64,000 nucleotides of DNA from Patescibacteria group bacterium (GTDB lineage Bacteria; Patescibacteriota; Microgenomatia; UBA1400; PJMF01). How positions within the stretch are numbered: the stretch's first letter is position 1; every line of letters begins with the position of its first letter. Location of the stretch: the NCBI GenBank assembly GCA_016861205.1, contig BOKX01000001.1, positions 1,076,589-1,140,588 on the forward strand. Direction: 5' to 3'. The translations under genes were made by a program, and so were the position numbers. Below, piece after piece: positions 59,080 through 64,000 of the stretch. The notes beneath the pieces were generated by a model. The model saw nothing but the letters and a program-made list of their open reading frames with translations. It was not told the origin of the DNA and searched no databases.

Positions 59080-61857
59080 CTATTTAATAGGGATGATACG
59101 GTCGAACTCTGGGCTCCAAGGGTCAGCCAAATTAGTCCTTAAAGACATATGGGGACTGTCTTGACCAAATACTAGCTCATTAAAAGCATCAAAATCGGGA
59201 CCACCCCAATTACCAGTAGAAAACTGTTCGATTTTACCTTGAGGGACAAGGAACATGTTTAAAATATTTCCAGAAATGCCACCAACAAAGGAAGAAAACT
59301 GGCTATTTAACCCAAATTGGAAAATATGAATGATATTTTTACCATCTGGTGTTGTTTCCACATCAGCAAATGATGTTGAACCCTGGTTATGAAGCAATCT
59401 GGATTCAGGGGTTTCCTCTCCAGCAATTGACATGCCTTGCAAGGTATCAAACACGATTTGGTCTTCGAATGGATCAAACTGAATCGTCTTAATCTCACCT
59501 TTGAAATTCATGATTCTCAATTCAAATGTTCCTCTAAACTGGAACTCGCCTGACAGAATCTGGTCAAAGGCTGGGATTTCACTACCGTCAGTTCCTCGCT
59601 CAATGTGGTCGCGAACGAGAAGGTAGTAAATAGTCTGCGCTCGCAGGTATCTCATTAACAACGCTGATTGCTCAGGATTAGCAGTGAAATCAGGGGTTAG
59701 ATTAGCCTGGTTCGAATTTGTGAACGAAATGCCGGCATCAGGGAAGTACACTAAACTGTTAGGGTTTAATGTCTCAGTAGTTTTCATGGGTACCTCAAGA
59801 CTTTGATAAGCCATGTCAGCACTAGTGAGCAGGATATCCTTTGAAATAGGTTCAACAGTAATGCCAGTCGCATCCGTTTCAGAAGGTTGGATGTTTTCTG
59901 AGGGGACTACTGGCGCTGGTGGCGTAGCCTCAGCCGACACCAAACTGGCAGGATCTGGATTTTGTTCACCTTCGCTGACCAACTCCATATTCACCCAGAC
60001 AATGCGGCCCTGTGGTTCGACCACCAAGACCCACTCGCCGTTGGCGACAATGCGACCGGTACTGGTGTCAATTTCGGTAGCAGCATCAAATAACTCACCA
60101 CGCTCAGCTTGAAGACTATCCAGCTCAGACACAGGGACAGGCCAGGCAGTTTCGTGAGGTTTGAGTGAGCCAACCGGCGTGTTGCCGGCGGCTTCTGGGG
60201 TTTCGCGCAAGTTAACTGAAGTAGTTTTGGCGTTGATCAGTGGTGTGACCCCCTCAGGATTTAGCAACATGGTATTGCTGGCGGCTAGGGCTTCATTCGG
60301 ACCATTGGGTCCGATGACCAACAATACTTTACCAGTTGAGGCTGTGCCAAGGACTTGGCGGTCTTTACTAAACAAGTGAGGTTTGACTTGCTCTAGGTCC
60401 CAGATCTCAACTCGCTCACTAGCCTCTGGTGACAGATAGCGCCACTCACCGGCTTGGTTGAACAACATGACTGTGCCAGCTGGCAGTACGAAGTCGTTAT
60501 TAAAGCGAATGGGAGTATCAGTTTGCCAGATAATGGTAGCTTTCATTTCTCCATTTTGATTGTCAAAGTACAGTCCAATTTTTTGGTCGGCGACTTGTTC
60601 AGGACTCATGACTTTTTGGTCAACAACCAGCTGCAAAATACCTTGAGCCACTTCCATAATCTCAGCGTGCAGCTGTGAGTTTTCATTGAATTTAGGCAAG
60701 CCAGCTAACGTAGTTCCGTCTTCCAGCATGTGCAGATCGCCGTACCAAAGTAAACCTTGGTCGCGATTGACAAACTCTGGCTCAGTAAGCACATGACTGC
60801 TCATGGTGTCTTTGTCGGCTTGATCAATTAAAAACTCCTGCAACAGCTGTGGTAACTGAGCGCCGTTCTGCTCTGGACTTGGGGTGCCAATTTCAGTTTT
60901 AGTTTCAGTAGCAAATTGACTGTCAAACGTGCTGGTATCTCCAGCTGATGAGCCGTCAACGATGCCGCCAAAAGTCGGTGACTCAACCTCTAGTTTTTCG
61001 CCCAGAAGTATTTCGCAGCGAGCGATGTAGTCTCGCAAAGCTGTAACATCAATACCCAGCACGGCTCGCAGGTCTTTGATAATCTGGTTGATCGTGGCGT
61101 TGTCTTGGCCATCTGGACAGACGTCAGCTTCGGTTAAGTGCTCTGCCACCTGACCTGGCATCTCTGAGCCAGCCATAGCAGTAGTAGCGATGGCGCCCGC
61201 GGCGAAGGTAGCTCCCCCGGCGGCTAGCTTTCTAGCTGTTCGACCGGTCATTAAACCACGCAGTTGGCTCAATCGATAGCGAGCCAGGCTCGGCTCGACT
61301 GGAGTTTTGAGTTGAGCTTCAACAGGTGGTTTGAGATTGGCAAAACGAGCTAGTAGTTTCTTCTCTCGGTTAGTAATATCTTGCCAGACTCCCCTTCTAA
61401 TTTGATAAATGACTTTTACAATTCGACGAAGGTAATCTTGACGTGAGTGCAACAATTTGGCAGTCACTTCTCTGCCCGACTCAATTTTGCTGATTAAGTC
61501 TTCGAGCTCTTGAGCGAGTTCGAGCTGATCAGAACTGCCTGAGTCACGAAGCCGGGCCGTATAAGCGTCGACATACATTTTGAGGGTGTCAAAATTGTCA
61601 TGAACAAACTCGACGTGTCGCAGTAGCTCTGCAGATAGATCGCGAGCTACTTCGATATCACTCAAGGTTGTCTCAGTGTTTTCCAGATCGGGAAATAGGC
61701 CAGTCAGATCCATGTGGCCTTTGAGGGCTTGCTGGAGTTCTGCTTTTAGTTGCAAAGCGAATTTTTTGAGTTCTTCAGGAGTTAAGGCATCAATTTTGTC
61801 TTTGGGGCTCAGATCAGAGCGTTGTTCAGAACCTTCAAGATTAAGGAGTCCAGTCAT
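59080..61857 (-). CDS. Large membrane-anchored protein with an SH3b-like domain (start uncertain, possibly up to 61971)
   Basis: Helical N-domain, Ala/Gly TM segment, VNLRETP...VG.L...W..V....G...WV. Confidence 0.7.
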   Translation of the reverse strand: MTGLLNLEGSEQRSDLSPKDKIDALTPEELKKFALQLKAELQQALKGHMDLTGLFPDLENTETTLSDIEVARDLSAELLRHVEFVHDNFDTLKMYVDAYTARLRDSGSSDQLELAQELEDLISKIESGREVTAKLLHSRQDYLRRIVKVIYQIRRGVWQDITNREKKLLARFANLKPPVEAQLKTPVEPSLARYRLSQLRGLMTGRTARKLAAGGATFAAGAIATTAMAGSEMPGQVAEHLTEADVCPDGQDNATINQIIKDLRAVLGIDVTALRDYIARCEILLGEKLEVESPTFGGIVDGSSAGDTSTFDSQFATETKTEIGTPSPEQNGAQLPQLLQEFLIDQADKDTMSSHVLTEPEFVNRDQGLLWYGDLHMLEDGTTLAGLPKFNENSQLHAEIMEVAQGILQLVVDQKVMSPEQVADQKIGLYFDNQNGEMKATIIWQTDTPIRFNNDFVLPAGTVMLFNQAGEWRYLSPEASERVEIWDLEQVKPHLFSKDRQVLGTASTGKVLLVIGPNGPNEALAASNTMLLNPEGVTPLINAKTTSVNLRETPEAAGNTPVGSLKPHETAWPVPVSELDSLQAERGELFDAATEIDTSTGRIVANGEWVLVVEPQGRIVWVNMELVSEGEQNPDPASLVSAEATPPAPVVPSENIQPSETDATGITVEPISKDILLTSADMAYQSLEVPMKTTETLNPNSLVYFPDAGISFTNSNQANLTPDFTANPEQSALLMRYLRAQTIYYLLVRDHIERGTDGSEIPAFDQILSGEFQFRGTFELRIMNFKGEIKTIQFDPFEDQIVFDTLQGMSIAGEETPESRLLHNQGSTSFADVETTPDGKNIIHIFQFGLNSQFSSFVGGISGNILNMFLVPQGKIEQFSTGNWGGPDFDAFNELVFGQDSPHMSLRTNLADPWSPEFDRIIPIK

Positions 61858-62207
61858 AACCACACCCTCTTCAGAGCCAAACCGTGTAACTTGCTGATCC
61901 GGCCCGTACCCTTTACGTTCATGTGTACTGGCATTTTTATAGACCATATCGTTTTGCCAAGCAACTGCCACCAGAGAAATTGAGGCAGTGCGGTATGAAT
62001 TGATATAGAAACCAATAGTTTTTACTATCGGCCTGTTTGGGGAATTATAAAATTAGCCTGGTAGTACTCTCAATGTGTAACAGATAAGTAAACTATAGGC
62101 TTATGAACGAAGAGCTAAAATATAGCAACACCCTATCTCGGTTGCAATAGGAAAAAAACAGGTTCCGACTTGGCTGAGTAACAGATGTGCGTTACAATAC
62201 ATTTTTA

Positions 62208-62792
62208 ATGCATATCTTTTTAGCTGCTTCAATTCACGGTAAAAGCCACTCGCTCGCTATTTATCAGGATATCGTCAATCAGGTTACGGCAGCTGGCCAT
62301 ACCATCCAGGCCGATCACTTGCTCAAAACCAGTCATGATGAGCTACAAGCTTTGCCGCATGCCGATCAGATGGCGTTTTACCAGGGTGTGATTGATGGCA
62401 TCAAACAGGCCGATGCGGTGTTCGCGGAAGTGTCTTACCCCAGTACCAGTGTCGGTTACTTGATGAGTGTGGCCATGCAGGCCAACAAACCGACGGTGGC
62501 TTTTTACAATGGCGACAAAGAACCGCACCTATTCCACTACTTGGAAAAAAACACCGATAAGCTGCAAGTGGCGCGTTACAGTAACCCTGCCGAACTCAAG
62601 CAAGAGATCAAGTTTGGGCTGGAGTTTATCACCAGCAGCCAAGATGTTCGCTTCAACTTTTTTATTTCTCCACCCCTCTCGAGCTACCTCGACTGGATTG
62701 CTCGGAGCCAAAAAGTCCCGCGCTCGGTGTACTTGCGCCAGTTGATCGACGAGGACATGGCTCACCAAGCCGAGTATCAACGGGAAGCTTAA
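62208..62792 (+). CDS. Nucleoside deoxyribosyltransferase-like domain plus C-terminal ribbon-helix-helix
   Basis: IFLAASI.G, I..AD...AEVSYPSTSVGY; RFNFFISP.L..YL...A.....RS.YLR.LI. Confidence 0.75.
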   Translation: MHIFLAASIHGKSHSLAIYQDIVNQVTAAGHTIQADHLLKTSHDELQALPHADQMAFYQGVIDGIKQADAVFAEVSYPSTSVGYLMSVAMQANKPTVAFYNGDKEPHLFHYLEKNTDKLQVARYSNPAELKQEIKFGLEFITSSQDVRFNFFISPPLSSYLDWIARSQKVPRSVYLRQLIDEDMAHQAEYQREA

Positions 62793-62888
62793 CGTTCACT
62801 TTTAGGCCAGCCGTTAGGCACCGACTCTTTCTTATAGGACACCGATGAGATATAATACGCATTCAATACTTATAGCAAGTTTGAGTTT

Positions 62889-63944
62889 ATGTTTTTGAGA
62901 AGTCCACGACCATCGAGCCCTGAGAATGGACCAAGCCGGTACCAGTATCTGCAAGAGACTGGGTCATTGAGTGATTGGCAAGTTGAGTTGACGTTGATGG
63001 CCTATATGTTAGCAGCCCAGAAATACTCAGAAATTGAGTATCAGGCGAGCAGTATTGAGGCGGTAGTGAAGCAAGTCATCAAAGAAGTGGCTGAGTATGT
63101 GGTGAGCTTACCGCCAGGATCCAAAATAAGTTTACCGGCTGTGGCTTCAGGTCGCGATCTGATTCTGTTGGGGTTGCTCAAAAAAGAAGTTCACCTGTAT
63201 GGCTACGATATTACCCAGAACTTGCTAGAGTTGGGTCGTCAGCTGCTCTTTCCGGACGTTGCCGCCAGTGACATGCGGGATTTAAATAGGCAGTTGAACG
63301 AGCTGCCGATCAGCGACGTTATCGAACAAGCCATCATGACCATGCTCAAGAATAGTATGCCGGCTAATGGTTGGGTGGTGTTTTTCAAAGAGGTTTTAGA
63401 TAGCGCCAAACAGAACCTGAGTGATGAGGATCCTTATGCCATAGTTCGTGATAACATCCGTGGCAACATGGCTAGCATTGTGGCTGATTTGCAACGACGG
63501 GTACACCTTGTCCAGGGAAAAATGCAAGATAGCTTTTACGCGCCAGAATCATTTGATCTGACTCTGGTGGTAGCTGCATATCCGAACCTGACTGACGAGA
63601 GTTTCATCACGAGTTTGGACAAAGCTATGCTGCAACTGAAGCCAGGTGGTAAGTTATTTTTTAACGTGCGCTTTGATGGCAGTCCAGTTGTAGTCGGGGG
63701 TGATTTTGAGGGGCGTATTTTTACTGATAGCGTGCTGACGAGTCCAGAATCAGGAACACATAAAAAGCAGAACTTACCTCGTTACTTCCGTACTTTTTCA
63801 AAAGATGACTTGGAAAAGCTGGAGTTTTTCATTGCTGAGCGCTACGGGTGTCACATTGAAGACAAAGGCATTAGTCCCCACTGGGACAAAAACAAACCTA
63901 TGTTTGCCAAGTTCCTGATCACAAAAGCCAACGACAGAGAGTAA
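62889..63944 (+). CDS. Class I SAM-dependent methyltransferase-like protein
   Basis: PAVASGRD (motif I variant), YGYDIT, ESFD, LKPGGKL; helical insert. Confidence 0.7.
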   Translation: MFLRSPRPSSPENGPSRYQYLQETGSLSDWQVELTLMAYMLAAQKYSEIEYQASSIEAVVKQVIKEVAEYVVSLPPGSKISLPAVASGRDLILLGLLKKEVHLYGYDITQNLLELGRQLLFPDVAASDMRDLNRQLNELPISDVIEQAIMTMLKNSMPANGWVVFFKEVLDSAKQNLSDEDPYAIVRDNIRGNMASIVADLQRRVHLVQGKMQDSFYAPESFDLTLVVAAYPNLTDESFITSLDKAMLQLKPGGKLFFNVRFDGSPVVVGGDFEGRIFTDSVLTSPESGTHKKQNLPRYFRTFSKDDLEKLEFFIAERYGCHIEDKGISPHWDKNKPMFAKFLITKANDRE

Positions 63945-64000
63945 TGGCTGCGGTGGGTGGCTTGGCCCAGTTGCCTCTTTCCCCTGGTAGTGTATAATCT

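Overview
This window looks like chromosomal DNA from a small-genome Patescibacteria/CPR organism, probably Microgenomates-like. That is inferred from a short EF-Ts, a short YebC, a truncated HolB, an archaeal-type Cmk, a CPR-type single Xer, a large type IV pilin cluster and many orphan genes; TGA is used as a stop codon. Housekeeping genes include dnaB, lgt-lspA-rluD, nucleotide salvage (Maf-like, upp, PNP, PRTase, guaA), glyA, nfo, folD, rpsB-tsf, queA/tgt, xer, gyrA, ppa, gyrB and three tRNAs (Ala-CGC, Leu-CAA, Ala-GGC). The type IV pilus locus (pilB/T/C/D, six pilins, a Cys-rich TSP1 protein) is interrupted by an AT-richer island encoding a C45 Ntn-hydrolase, an aldo-keto reductase and an A-T-R NRPS-like enzyme. 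Five signals stand out. (1) A textbook histidine attenuator (His4 leader peptide missing from the ORF track) with a HisR-style operator and an adjacent TrpR-like repressor controls a gene I cannot match to any known his gene. (2) A 1.7 kb non-coding region beside xer carries an ACCAGGCTA array, a dif-like 11-6-11 site, a DnaA box and a parS-like palindrome. (3) The NRPS-like/AKR/C45 island. (4) Hairpin-split ribosome-binding sites precede tsf and pilT. (5) A pseudo-NDT + RHH protein looks like a nucleotide-sensing regulator. All calls come from reading motifs by eye; no searches or folding programs were run. Several start codons were moved relative to the ORF track on the basis of -10 box or RBS position.
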